DNA from: Candidatus Bathyarchaeota archaeon
GTDB taxonomy: Archaea; Thermoproteota; Bathyarchaeia; Bathyarchaeales; DTEX01
DNA length: 64,000 bases
Reading direction: 5' to 3'
NCBI GenBank assembly: GCA_963714275.1
Contig: CAVQNT010000002.1
Span: 576,001 to 640,000 of the forward strand
In this document: positions 33,061 to 43,714 of the stretch, piece after piece
How the letters are laid out: each line of letters begins with the position of its first letter
Numbering within the stretch: position 1 is the stretch's first letter
Translations under genes and position numbers: made by a program
Notes under the pieces: model-generated
Told to the model about the DNA's origin: nothing
What the model saw: the letters and a program-made list of their open reading frames with translations, nothing else
Databases searched by the model: none

Positions 33061-33612
33061 TTATATACCTAGGCTTTGACTAACATTCTGAATTCCTTTC
33101 AGCGCGATTTCGAGGAATTCTTCTTTGGGTATTCCGAGGTCTTCGCAGACGACGATTCTGTTCCTGTCAGCTCCTCTGGCGAAATCCTTATCTTTAAATT
33201 TTTTCTTAACGGTTTTCGCGTCAACGTCTTTGACTTTCTTTGAGGGCATAACCAAGGCGCAAGCTGACTATTAGCCCTGACGCTGCGTCGGAGGCGATGA
33301 GTCCCTTGTCTAAACGTGACTTGGGCATTACGCCGCTGTGCTCGTGGTTGTGTGCCTTAATGGCTCTCAGGGTTTCGTCTGGAACTTTGCCTTTAAGTAT
33401 TTCCTCGGCTATTATCCCGTGTTTCTCGAAGTTTTTAGTGTTTTTTCGTAGTCAATGTCGTGAACAAGACCCGTTAACGCCCATAGACTTCCGTCTTCAT
33501 TAAGATACTCAGCTAAAGCCTCCATGATCGCTTCAACAGCAATCATGTGTCGAACAATGTTTTGGCTTTTGACTTTTGCTTTAACTAGCTCCAAAGCTTC
33601 TTCGCAGTCCAA
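33061..33612 (-). CDS. HD/HDIG-domain protein; frameshifts
   Basis: H..AVEAIM, GLVHDIDYE, AHN, KFKDK.FARG.DR. Confidence 0.85.
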
Positions 33613-33720
33613 AACAGATCACTATCATCAGCAAGTCAAAAACAGTTTCAAGGCATATTATTGGAAGTGGCGGTGAATTGAGTTTTTTGTAATGTTAAAA
33701 ATTTGGGGTTTGCGTGTGTT

Positions 33721-34707
33721 TCATGTAAAATCGTGTTTCATGTGTTTCGGTAAATTCTCTCTGGTCAGTGTTTTGGGGGAATTGTAAATTCTAAGTATCT
33801 CTTCTTTGGTGTTCGTTTGAAGTAATAAATCTGCCCATGCCATCATCCAAACCCAGCGGGGCTGTTTTTTGAGGGTTTCATCGGATGGTAACACACTAAA
33901 CTCCGAAATGGCTAATGGCTTATTTTTCGCTAAGCCCACCATTCGCTCGTACCATTCTTGACGGTAAATTTCGGGATGGTCCTTCACGGGGTAAATGTCT
34001 GACCCCAAAATATCCACGTAATCGTCGCCTGGGTAAAAGTTTTCCACTCCTGGCCACGGTCTGTCGGATGCCCAGACCCAAAGTAGATTGTTCAGTTCAT
34101 GGTGTTCAGTGAAATAGTGGAACAGCTGCCTGTAAAGGGCAACGTAGCCTTCTGACCCTTTACGTCCTCCCCACCAGAACCAGTCTCCGTTCATCTCGTG
34201 GTAGGGTCGAAACAGTACTGGAATATGGGCTTCCTGAACTTTTTTCAGGATTTCCGCCACAATGTCCATCTGTTTTCGCCATACTTCATAGATTTCGGTT
34301 CCAGGCGTCGTCAAGTCTTTCCATTGTTGGTCGGTTAGTTTGCTGATGACTCCGCTTTCAAATAGGCACGGTTCTCCGATGATTGGGTTCGCTTGGTGGT
34401 AAGTCATGGTGATTATGGCTCCGCTGTTGTGTTGTTTCTTGATTTCGTCCACCAGACGCACTCGGTACTTTATGTTGTCAATGTCATGTCTTTCGTCGGA
34501 AAAGCCGAAATCGCTTCCCCACACCGCGGGATACTTGCCAGTGATTTCTTTTATTTTGTCTGTTACGACGGACATTCGACCCATGTATTCGTGTTGTCCA
34601 GTAAGCATCTTCTTTCCGCTGATGCTGTAAATGTACTTTAACAATCTCACAGCTTCAGAACTGGTTTTCGGATTAACGGGATTAACAATTTTAACCATAC
34701 GGAACAC
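33721..34707 (-). CDS. Glycoside hydrolase family 26 (beta-mannanase-like)
   Basis: FRPYHEMNGDWFWWG, YPGDDYVD, KPLAISE. Confidence 0.93.
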   Translation of the reverse strand: MFRMVKIVNPVNPKTSSEAVRLLKYIYSISGKKMLTGQHEYMGRMSVVTDKIKEITGKYPAVWGSDFGFSDERHDIDNIKYRVRLVDEIKKQHNSGAIITMTYHQANPIIGEPCLFESGVISKLTDQQWKDLTTPGTEIYEVWRKQMDIVAEILKKVQEAHIPVLFRPYHEMNGDWFWWGGRKGSEGYVALYRQLFHYFTEHHELNNLLWVWASDRPWPGVENFYPGDDYVDILGSDIYPVKDHPEIYRQEWYERMVGLAKNKPLAISEFSVLPSDETLKKQPRWVWMMAWADLLLQTNTKEEILRIYNSPKTLTRENLPKHMKHDFT

Positions 34708-34973
34708 CTCTTCTAGAGTTCTCCGATACTCTATGAATCTGCAAAGGTCAACTTATTTCTTTCCAGCTGACTACAGCTTCATCCATTATTCTAGAAACTT
34801 TCTCTCGATTTATTCATAGAAATATTGTGGGCAACTGAAACAGTTTGCGTGTCAACATTACCTTAATATGCGACGGAAACGTGTGGTTTCAGCTTGTTAA
34901 CAGACGTAAAAACAGTAAAAGTTTTACAATGACCAAAACCATGTCTTATGGAGAGAGTTTGGCACGACCATAA

Positions 34974-35875
34974 ATGCAAAGCTTGTTGACGAGATACAGA
35001 AACTGAAACAGGAGAAACAGGCAGTCATTCTCGCACACAACTACCAACGTCCAGAGATTCAGGACATAGCAGATTACGTTGGCGACAGCTTGGAGCTTTC
35101 GGTGCGTGCTGCTGAGACGGACGCTAAGATGATTGTTTTCTGCGGAGTAACGTTCATGGCTGAAACAGCTACCATCCTCAACCCAAACAAGAAGGTTTTG
35201 ATACCAGACCTGAACGCTCTTTGTCCGATGGCTGCAATGTTGCCAGCTGAACTTGTTAAGGTTTATCGAAAAGAAAATCCAGGTTCAAGAATTGTTCTCT
35301 ACATTAATACTTTGGCAGAGGCGAAGGCTGAGTGCGACGCTGTTTGCACCTCTGCGAACTCGGCTGAAATTGTGAACAAAATGGACTCGGACAATGTCAT
35401 CTTTGGTCCTGACGCAAACCTCGCCCATTACACTCAAAATTTCACCAAAAAACATTTGGTTAACATGCCAGCCTTCGGTTTTTGTCCCATTCACAAACTC
35501 TTCAACAAAGAAGATATTTTGAGACTGAAGAAGCTTCATCCTGACGCTGAGGTTTTGGTTCATCCAGAATGCAATCCTGAAGTCTGCGGAGTGGCCGATT
35601 TTGTTGGAAGCACGTCTAAAATGTGCAGGAAAGCGAAGGAGTCTTCAGCTAGAAAGTTCATTGTGGCAACGGAGATTGGCATAATTCATAAAATGCAGGC
35701 TAACCGAAAAGACGCGGTGTTTATTCCTGCTTACGACGAGGCGATATGCGTAAACATGAAGCTGCACACTCTTGAGAAGCTTTACCTTTCGTTGAAGAAT
35801 GAGCGTTACGTCGTGAAAGTCCTAGCCGACACAGCGAACAGAGCCCGAAAAGCGCTCGAAATCATGCTCAAATAA
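34974..35875 (+). CDS. nadA: Quinolinate synthase (5' end frameshifted)
   Basis: ILAHNYQ..EIQD.AD..GDS upstream of the 35090 ORF; FCGV.FMAE, CPMA, HPEC, GSTS, C..MK. Confidence 0.95.
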
Positions 35876-35971
35876 GCCTCTAAATAAAAAGAAGGCGAAT
35901 AAGCTAGGTTAACATCAAGGCACATTTATTTCTTTGTGTGTTAAAAACGAGAACTATTGCTCAGTCTTCAC

Positions 35972-36139
35972 TTGGTCTGTTTTGTTCAACATCTGGAAGT
36001 GTATTTTGAACAACATACTGCTTTGTCTTAGACCTGTCTGTTTTGTGTGACATTAGAATTTTCCGTTTGAATGACAAACCGCGACCTGTGAAGGCCTGAT
36101 CTGTTTTGTGGCGCATTATCTCTGTTGTTTTGGGGCGCA
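35972..36139 (-). repeat. Six-box dispersed element, copy C (boxes at 36139, 36115, 36076, 36052, 36015, 35991)
   Basis: TGCGCCCCAAAAC / TGCGCCACAAAAC / TGTCATTCAAAC / TGTCACACAAAAC / TGTTGTTCAAAA / TGTTGAACAAAAC; spacings 24, 39, 24, 37, 24. Confidence 0.92.
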
Positions 36140-36239
36140 AACATAGACTAATGTTTTTTTCTGTGATGTATGTAAATTTTTATTTTTTGAATGAAAAAGG
36201 GGGATATTGTACGCGGAATTTTCTTCGGATTATTGGAGG

Positions 36240-36521
36240 CTACATTGTTCTGTCAAGAACGTAGTAGAACACGGTGGAGAAGGCTTCGATTATGATTACT
36301 GCTGCGATTGAACCGACGATTTGGCCTGTTGAGAAATAGGTTACTAAAAGTGCCACAGGGTCAACGACTAGTCTATATAACAAAGTTTTTTTGACTGAAA
36401 TCCTGCGTGGACGGTTGGAAATTGGCGGGACATCAACACCACACTCTGTAAGACAAGACCTATTGTTTAAAGCATGGTATTTAAGTTTTTCAGCTTCTGA
36501 ACCCGTGAAAGGCGCATTCAA
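36240..36521 (-). CDS. Small membrane protein, DUF2061-like (true start probably near 36435)
   Basis: R.SVKKTLLYR.....TG....S......VFYY..DR pattern. Confidence 0.6.
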   Translation of the reverse strand: MNAPFTGSEAEKLKYHALNNRSCLTECGVDVPPISNRPRRISVKKTLLYRLVVDPVALLVTYFSTGQIVGSIAAVIIIEAFSTVFYYVLDRTM

Positions 36522-36526
36522 TGCTG

Positions 36527-37825
36527 TTAAGGCTGCTTACGCTCTTTTTCTCCAATAGGTCTTGAGGCAAAGAATGGAGGTTTACCTTGAAATCCTTTTG
36601 CCGCCATCTCCTTGTGGATTTTTTGCCATTCGCGGCGTGTCAGGCGGTGTCGAGGAGCCAGATGCTTGCTCAGTGCCTGCATGAAGGCTTCTGTGTCAGG
36701 GGGGCAGCCGGGAACGAATGTTCCTTGAAGTTTGTTGAAGAAGGTTGGGGCGAGACAGTTGCCGCAGAGTATACAGGCTGAGTCTTCTTCCAGAGGAGTC
36801 GGCGGCTTGGCTTCAGGACCCATGAGTACGTACAGCTTCGTTTTCGCAGAGTTTATTTCGTGTCTTTGCAGCAACACGGTGGCGAGACGGCCATAGCAGC
36901 CTGTGCAGGCACCTTCGTTGATTATTTTGACCTTTTCGCTTTCTTTGTTAATGAAGTCGACCATGTTCACTGTTTTCGCTCGGAAAGCCTCCTCAATCGT
37001 CAACCCCAGAATCTGATGTTTTTCAATTTCGGATGAGCCTAAGCCGTGTTCTTCTGCCCACCTTAGGTAGCGTAACGCCTTCGGGTCTGCCCCCATTATC
37101 TTTGCTGCGACAGCATCAACTAAAACCGCGTTGTCTCCCGCCATGGTAAGGTCCATTTTCTGCACCTCGAATGCTGGCCAGTGATGGGTTGAGAAGCCTC
37201 CGTCGACCACGACTAGGCTGCTTGGTTTAACGAGGTTCAGGTCCACAATGATTTCTTCGATTCTGTCAGATTGGTGGTAGTTGATGCGGTCCTGCAGCTC
37301 GAGGACGCCGTAAAGGTTTTTGATGGCAACAGTCACACCGACCAAATGATGGGTCTTTAACGTTCCTGCATTGATCAATATGTCGCATTCCACTAATTCT
37401 TTTGCGACCTTCACCTTCTCGAAGAAAACTGGATTCTTAACATTAACCTCGATTCGGGGGCTTCGTCCAAGATCGACCCATTCACCCCCCTCTTCTCTGG
37501 CGATTTTGGCAACAGCATCATACAACGTCATGTCCCAAGAGGTGACAGCGTCGCCGACCAAAATCTGCGAGGCTCCAGCTGACTTCGCTAACTTCACCAA
37601 GGTGCGGATGGTTTCAGGATGAACCGTTTCTCCGGTCTCGTAGGGGCTGCCATCAACAAGGTTCGCTTTGATGAGAACCTTGTCGCCTTTCTTGACGAAT
37701 CTTTCTATGCCGCCAATCAGTTGGACAGCTTTGGTTACACGGTTTACGATGTTTTCTCCCCTAACAATCGAAACTGAATATTTTTCGGGCCCCATCTTTC
37801 TGGGTGACGTTTCTTGGTGGGACAT
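36527..37825 (-). CDS. DUF362 family Fe-S protein
   Basis: KVLIK.NL, LKTH....T.AIKNLYG, ACTGC, CGNC, VPGCPP. Confidence 0.88.
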   Translation of the reverse strand: MSHQETSPRKMGPEKYSVSIVRGENIVNRVTKAVQLIGGIERFVKKGDKVLIKANLVDGSPYETGETVHPETIRTLVKLAKSAGASQILVGDAVTSWDMTLYDAVAKIAREEGGEWVDLGRSPRIEVNVKNPVFFEKVKVAKELVECDILINAGTLKTHHLVGVTVAIKNLYGVLELQDRINYHQSDRIEEIIVDLNLVKPSSLVVVDGGFSTHHWPAFEVQKMDLTMAGDNAVLVDAVAAKIMGADPKALRYLRWAEEHGLGSSEIEKHQILGLTIEEAFRAKTVNMVDFINKESEKVKIINEGACTGCYGRLATVLLQRHEINSAKTKLYVLMGPEAKPPTPLEEDSACILCGNCLAPTFFNKLQGTFVPGCPPDTEAFMQALSKHLAPRHRLTRREWQKIHKEMAAKGFQGKPPFFASRPIGEKERKQP

Positions 37826-37908
37826 GTTTGGTCAGGCAGGTTTTTTTGTGGAACCTTGATTTGGCTTACGTGAATTTTGTGGCAATTTTTTTTTCTTTGA
37901 TCCTTTTT

Positions 37909-39106
37909 TTAGTTGAAGAAGTCTTCGTCTCCTTCAGGTAGGTGTTTCCTTGCGGCTTTTTCGTTAAATTCGACACCCATGCCTGGTTTGTCCCAGACTT
38001 CTATGAATCCGTTTTTCACCACGGGATTCGGAAGGCCTTCGACTATGTCGTACCACCACTCTGGTCTCCCAATCGGGTATTCGAAGGCAATGTAGTTTTT
38101 AGGTAATGTTGCTGACATGTGAACGAGAGCTGCGAGCCCAAACAGCCCGTTGAAGACGCCGTGCGGAGCCACGAGGATTCCGTGAAGGTCAGCGTACTCA
38201 GTCTGTCCATTTGAGTTCCGCTATGCCGCCTATGTCGCAGGGGTCTGGACCAATTATGTGAACAGCGTGTTTTTCGATGACATCCTTGAAGTTTTGTCTG
38301 AGGTAAATTTGTTCGCCAGTGTGGATGTTGGTGCTCGTGGAACGGGTGACCTCGCGGTAAACATCAGCTAAAGTATAAGGCGTGTAGTCGCCCGTGATCA
38401 TGTCTTCAAGCCACATCACGTTCAATGGCTCCAAAGCCTTGGCGAACTTGATTGCTGAAGGCACGACCCATCCTGGTCCGCAGTCTAAGGCGAGACCCAC
38501 ATCGTCCCCTAAAACGTCTTTCATTGCTTTTACGCATGCTATAATGTGTTTCAGTCCGCTTTCGGTTAAAAGCCCGCGGCTTATGTACGGTGAACCATTG
38601 TCGACTTCGCCGTAGAAAAAGTTGGGAACCACTGTGTGCATTCCTGCGTGGAAGCCGACGGGTTGCTTTATGATTGTGAAACCCTCTTTCGCATCCTTCA
38701 TTTTCCGCATGACTTCAGCGTAGTCTTCTGGAGAATTTCCTTTTATCGGAAACCTTACTCCGCCGTTGTAGACGCGGACTTTGTCTCGGATTTTTCCTCC
38801 CAAAAGCTTGTAAACTGGTAACCCAGCGGCTTTTCCAGCCAAGTCCCATAGTGCCATTTCGATTGCGCTTACTGCGCTTCCCCAGGGTTTGTAGCTTCCC
38901 AGCTTTCGGATTCTGAGCATCACTCTTTCGATGTTGGTGGGGTCTTGCCCCAGAATGTACGGTTTGTAAAAGAGTACGTGAGGTTTTATGTAGGTTTTTG
39001 GGGATTCGATTTCTCCGATTCCACTTATGCCTTCGTCGGTTGTTATGCGGATAACGGGATTCTGTCCTATGATGGTGCATTTCAGGTCGGTTATTTTCAT
39101 GTCCAT
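37909..39106 (-). CDS. Mandelate racemase/muconate lactonizing enzyme family protein; frameshift near 38200
   Basis: SAIEMALWDLAGK, LLGGK.RD, WLED, TGE, APH, PGMGVE. Confidence 0.9.
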
Positions 39107-39251
39107 TCCAGCCTCAATTAAACAGGTTGGAGAAGCATATGTTGACCTTGTATTTCATTTTTGCCCTTACCCGTTTTATAAAGAAACATGTGAAGACAAA
39201 AAAACAGTTTTTATCTTCAAAAATAACATTGATTGTTAACTTTCAAACTGC

Positions 39252-40631
39252 TTATTCCACGTATTTGTAGTATCTGTAGCCCAAGTCGTTTTCATTTATG
39301 CCGATGCTGTTTAGGGCGAACTCTTCTTTTGGCGAAATGATGCTTTCGTTGAGCTTCCGTCTTCCTTCATGCAGATCCTCGTAAACATCAATCGGTATCT
39401 TTTGCCGTTTGTTAAGTTTGTGTATGAGCTTAATTTTTTCTAAAACTTCCTTGTATTTAGGCTGGACAATGAAGCTGCACACGATTGCGCTGCTTCCGCT
39501 GCCATAGGAGCCTATGCCGATCCGTTTGCCTGTTAAGTCGTCTTTTCGGGTTTCGAAGTGGCTTGTGACGCCTAGCCAGACAGAAGCAGTGTATGAGTTG
39601 CCAATAAGGCAAATCGCCTTTAACGAATCCGCAACCTTCTTGTCGTATTCTGTTGTAAAGTCTTCGGTGTTCGTAAAGTTCTTTCTGTAATCCTTGTAGC
39701 CGTCGGAAATGTAGAACTCCATGTCAGCCAATTTTTCCCTGCTAGGCTCAGGACCTATCGTTTGCGCGATTCTGTTCCATTTAGGAAGGTTTCTCCAGTC
39801 GTGAATTAGGAAAGACGCGAAGGCGTACTGAACCATCTTCGGAAACGGCGCGTGAAAAGACACTATGTCTATTTTGTCTATCAAGCTTTCAGCGGGAGAC
39901 TTTAAAACTCCAGCCTTCAGCATGCTTTTTCTATAAAAATCCGTAGCAATCCTCATGTCTCTCAGGTAACAGCCCACAGAATATTGCCCGTTAAACACGG
40001 CTGTTGCCCTTTCGACGGGTCTGAAGAAGTCATGGTCATCCACGGTTCCAAACCCCGTGAACTGAGGCTCATACGCAAGGAGCCGTGGGTTCTCTTTCAA
40101 AAGTAGGGCGATTGCGGCTGCACCCTGAGTCGGTTCACCTGATGAGTTTAGCTCGTACTTTGCGATGTCCGTGGCGACCACGATTGAGTAAGGTGCTCTG
40201 TTCCAGCCTGAGGCAATGTAGGCTAGACGGTCAATCATGGCGTAGGTTGCGCCAACGCATGCGAACTTCGTTTCGGGTGCTCCGATGTGGTCTAAACTGC
40301 CTTTTCCATACCTTAGCTCCAGCATACCTTGCACGTAGCACGAGATGGGTTTCGCGGCATCAGGACCTGATTCGGTGGCGATGTGGATAAAGTCGATGTC
40401 TTTTGGCTGCAGGTTGTTCTTTTCCATAAGCTTCAAGGCAGCCATGGCAGCCATCGTTACTGCGTCTTCGTGGGCGTCGGGGATTGAAAGTTTGTCTATG
40501 CCTAGCCCTTTGGAAAATTTTTCAGGCGGCACACCTCGGGCTTTAGCCATGTCTCCTGCGTCTAGGTACAACTTAGGGATGTATGTGGCGATGTCGTCGA
40601 TGCCAACCGTTTTCTGCAAAGGGCTCACCAA
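39252..40631 (-). CDS. mvaS: Hydroxymethylglutaryl-CoA synthase, long bacterial/haloarchaeal type
   Basis: ATES..D.AK, KFACVG, DIAKY, EPTQGA, FHAPF, GNSYTAS, SYGSG. Confidence 0.9.
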   Translation of the reverse strand: MVSPLQKTVGIDDIATYIPKLYLDAGDMAKARGVPPEKFSKGLGIDKLSIPDAHEDAVTMAAMAALKLMEKNNLQPKDIDFIHIATESGPDAAKPISCYVQGMLELRYGKGSLDHIGAPETKFACVGATYAMIDRLAYIASGWNRAPYSIVVATDIAKYELNSSGEPTQGAAAIALLLKENPRLLAYEPQFTGFGTVDDHDFFRPVERATAVFNGQYSVGCYLRDMRIATDFYRKSMLKAGVLKSPAESLIDKIDIVSFHAPFPKMVQYAFASFLIHDWRNLPKWNRIAQTIGPEPSREKLADMEFYISDGYKDYRKNFTNTEDFTTEYDKKVADSLKAICLIGNSYTASVWLGVTSHFETRKDDLTGKRIGIGSYGSGSSAIVCSFIVQPKYKEVLEKIKLIHKLNKRQKIPIDVYEDLHEGRRKLNESIISPKEEFALNSIGINENDLGYRYYKYVE

Positions 40632-40711
40632 ACATGGAATGCTAAAGTGGACTACAAGTTAAATGAATTCTGAATATAATGTTTTCTGGAAGCTCCGTTT
40701 ATTGTTGGGGG

Positions 40712-41879
40712 TCACATAATTTTGCCGTTTTTCATGATTTTCTGTTTCGTATCCGCCCTTTCTATGGTCGCCGTGGGATGGGTGACGAAGTCCCAGTGCA
40801 TGCTTGAGATCGAGGTTCCTCCGTAGCTGAGGTTGGAGCCGAATGCGAGGTGAACTGAGCCTCCGATCTTCTCGTCTGTGAGTATGTACCCTATGGCTTT
40901 GTTGATGGCTGGGTTGCAGCCTATGCCGAGCTCAGCAATATTCGTTGTCCGAACCTCTTTCTCTTTGCTGTCGATTTCGAGGCAACGTTTGAAGGAGTCG
41001 ATCATCTGGTCTCCGTTAACCTTCGCGGTGCACTCGTCCAGAAGCAGCTCTGCCATTCTTGAAGTGCAACGTGACGTCTTTGACGATCTTGTTCGTGAAC
41101 CTGTCTATTGTGACTGGACAAAACAGCGCCCCGTCGCCGAAGGTTTCGTAGGGCGCAATGAAAAGTTCGCCAGCAGGCAGGTTGTTACCCAGATCGCCGA
41201 CTTTAATGTCGTGATCGTCAACCAAGCCATCATCCTCGTTCAATCGGCGCCCCCTAATTCGGCACGTGAAGTCTGAGCCCTTATCGTCCGTTATGTGAAG
41301 AACGTCAGCGCCTTTCAGGAGCTCCGCAAGCCTCGAAGTGTTCTGTTTCAGGGTTGAAGTGGGAACCGCCATGCCTTCCACGATCAGCTGTTCAAGGTTC
41401 TCGTAGTCCACGTCATAGAAACTCGCAGCTTCCTGCGTCGGCCAGCCTGCGTAGGTCCATTTTTTGCCGGGTCCCCCATCTTCGCCGTAAAGGATTTTCC
41501 TTATCGGTACGTTGGCTTCGGTTCGGGCTGCGATTTTTTCGGGCGGAAAACGGGTTTGGACTGCGGGGTCCTTGAAGGGTTCAACCGTTATGTAGACGTC
41601 GGCTTCTTTTATGGCTCCCAAATAGTGCTTGGGCGTGACCTTCAGCGTTTTTTCGGGTATCTCGTCGTAGACTCGGGCTGAGTACTCGTCGGTGGACGCC
41701 ATTATGATCGGTTGGGCGCCTTTGCGATAGCACAGTATACCGATTTCTTCGAGTAGTTCTTGTGTGTGGGTGCCTCCTCGAATGATGACTGCTTCGCCTC
41801 TCTTGAGGTTCATGCCGTCAATGATTGCCTCGGCGCATTTTTGTATCTTTTCCTTCGTGATCATCCTAAACATCACCAA
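40712..41879 (-). CDS. Aminopeptidase, M29/thermophilic metalloprotease family; frameshift near 41050
   Basis: NLPAGELF, ELGIGCN, DEKIGGSVHLAFG, HWD. Confidence 0.88.
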
Positions 41880-41981
41880 TCTGGATCATTGAAGACTGCA
41901 AATTCTTTTATACTTTGATTATTCATCGCTGCGTGTAACTATTTAACATCTATCTAAAATTTCTTTGCACAACCACCAGAT

Positions 41982-42024
41982 ACATCTGATTTGTGTAACA
42001 ATAGAGTTTTCCGTTTGCATAACA
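41982..42024 (-). repeat. Dispersed element, copy E (single pair of boxes at 42024 and 42000)
   Basis: TGTTATGCAAACGGAAAACTCTAT followed by TGTTACACAAATCAGA; close to the middle pair of copy C. Confidence 0.88.
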
Positions 42025-42149
42025 ATTGCAGCTTACATAATCAAGAATGATTTCAAACTTTTTTCTTCAATGTTTTTTGTTTCTTTTTGGAGAGGATTTG
42101 GGAAACCATAATAGGCATATTTAGGCATAGTTTTGGGCAGTGATAAAAG

Positions 42150-42536
42150 TTGTCAAAAACCAAGAAGCAAACTGTTGGGCAAGGGAAGGTGCTTTCGAAA
42201 GCCACTGTTCTGGGCAACCTTGTCTTCGTTTCAGGCATTGGTCCGCACGACCCGAAGACTGGGAAACAGGTTGAGGGCGGAATCAGGGAACAAACAAAAG
42301 CCGTTATGGAGCTGATGAAGGCTGCTCTTGAGGAAGCAGGCAGCAATCTAGACGACGTTTTGAAGTGCACGGTTTTCTTGACGGATATGAACCATTACGG
42401 AGCGATGAACGAGGTTTACGGTTCATTCTTTAAGGCTGCCCCCGCAAGAACTTGCGTGCAAGTCTCGAAGCTGCCGAGACCCGACGAAAACTGCCTGGTC
42501 GAAATAGACGCTGTCGCCTGCAAACCAAAGAAATAA
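42150..42536 (+). CDS. RidA/YjgF family protein
   Basis: VFVSG, MNEVY, PARTCVQV, VEIDA. Confidence 0.92.
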   Translation: MSKTKKQTVGQGKVLSKATVLGNLVFVSGIGPHDPKTGKQVEGGIREQTKAVMELMKAALEEAGSNLDDVLKCTVFLTDMNHYGAMNEVYGSFFKAAPARTCVQVSKLPRPDENCLVEIDAVACKPKK

Positions 42537-42558
42537 CGGTAAACGGAAGTACAGTCAA

Positions 42559-43710
42559 ATGAGCGTCTACGACGAGCTAGGCGTAAAAAAGGTCATCAAC
42601 GCGTGGGGAACGATGACAAGCCTCGGCGGATCACTGATGCTTCCCGAAGTCGTCGAAGCCATGAACGAAGCAGCCACAGCATTCGTGGACATGGACGAAC
42701 TTCACAGGCAAGCAGGAAAAATCATAGCAGAAAAAACGGGCGCCGAAGCCGCTTATGTTACGTCTGGAGCTGCAGCTGCGCTTGTTCTGGCTGTAGCGGC
42801 ATGCATGACGGGCAAAGACCCCGAAAAGATGGCGCAGATACCGTACACTCAGGGCTTCAAGAACGAGGTCGTTTTGCCCTTGGTTCAGGACACTTCGTTT
42901 TCTCGGAACTTCGCCATTCCGTGCGCCAAACTAGTTAAGGTTGGAACAGAGGAAGATTACGCGCCCAGCGACATTGAACGGGCATTAACAGAAAATACGG
43001 TGGCGATTGGGTTCGTGTTTTTCACTTCGAAGCAGGGATGCGACATGGAAGCCCTAAAAGAAATCGTTGGGATCGGGAAAAAGCACAACGTGCCCGTCAT
43101 CGTTGATGCGGCTGCTGAGGTTCCACCCATAAGTAACCTTCGTGACATAGTTGCTACAGGCGCGGATCTGGTTGCTTTCAGCGGGGGAAAAGACATCCGA
43201 GGTCCCAACGACGCGGGCTTCATCATGGGCAGAGCTGACCTGATTGAGGCTGTTGCTGCTCACGGTTCGCCCCACAACTACATGGGTAGACCAATGAAGG
43301 TAAGCAAGGAACAGATCGTTGGGCTCGTAGTAGCCTTACAACACTATACTCCCGAAGCCGTGAAGGCTCGTCAAAGAAAATGGGAAAAAATGGCGCAATA
43401 CTTTGTCAAGGAATTATCATCAGAGAACGTTAAGGCGGAAAGCATCGTCCCAGACCCCGCGAAACATGAGTATTCCGCTCAGGGATGGCCACAGACTCGT
43501 CTGACCCTTGACGAAACTAAGCTCAGCATAACCGTGGCTGAAGTGAATAACCAATTGAGGACGGGGAATCCGCCAATCTATGCGTCCCAGTTCGACAATT
43601 GCCTAACGCTTAATCCGCAATGCCTTCAGGACGGCGAAGAAAAAATAATCGTTAAACGAATCAGAGAGATGCTTAAAAAGAAGATTCATCGCAAAACAAC
43701 TGAACGTTAA
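42559..43710 (+). CDS. SelA-like/DgaE-like PLP-dependent enzyme
   Basis: INA.GT.T.LGGS, VTSGAAA, VDAAAE, FSGGK, RPMKV.KE. Confidence 0.88.
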   Translation: MSVYDELGVKKVINAWGTMTSLGGSLMLPEVVEAMNEAATAFVDMDELHRQAGKIIAEKTGAEAAYVTSGAAAALVLAVAACMTGKDPEKMAQIPYTQGFKNEVVLPLVQDTSFSRNFAIPCAKLVKVGTEEDYAPSDIERALTENTVAIGFVFFTSKQGCDMEALKEIVGIGKKHNVPVIVDAAAEVPPISNLRDIVATGADLVAFSGGKDIRGPNDAGFIMGRADLIEAVAAHGSPHNYMGRPMKVSKEQIVGLVVALQHYTPEAVKARQRKWEKMAQYFVKELSSENVKAESIVPDPAKHEYSAQGWPQTRLTLDETKLSITVAEVNNQLRTGNPPIYASQFDNCLTLNPQCLQDGEEKIIVKRIREMLKKKIHRKTTER

Positions 43711-43714
43711 CGAG

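Noticed and set aside
42559-43710. Selenocysteine synthase / Sec system
   Set aside because: The motifs and amidohydrolase neighbour fit the DgaE-like branch; no tRNA-Sec, SelB or SelD is present in the window.
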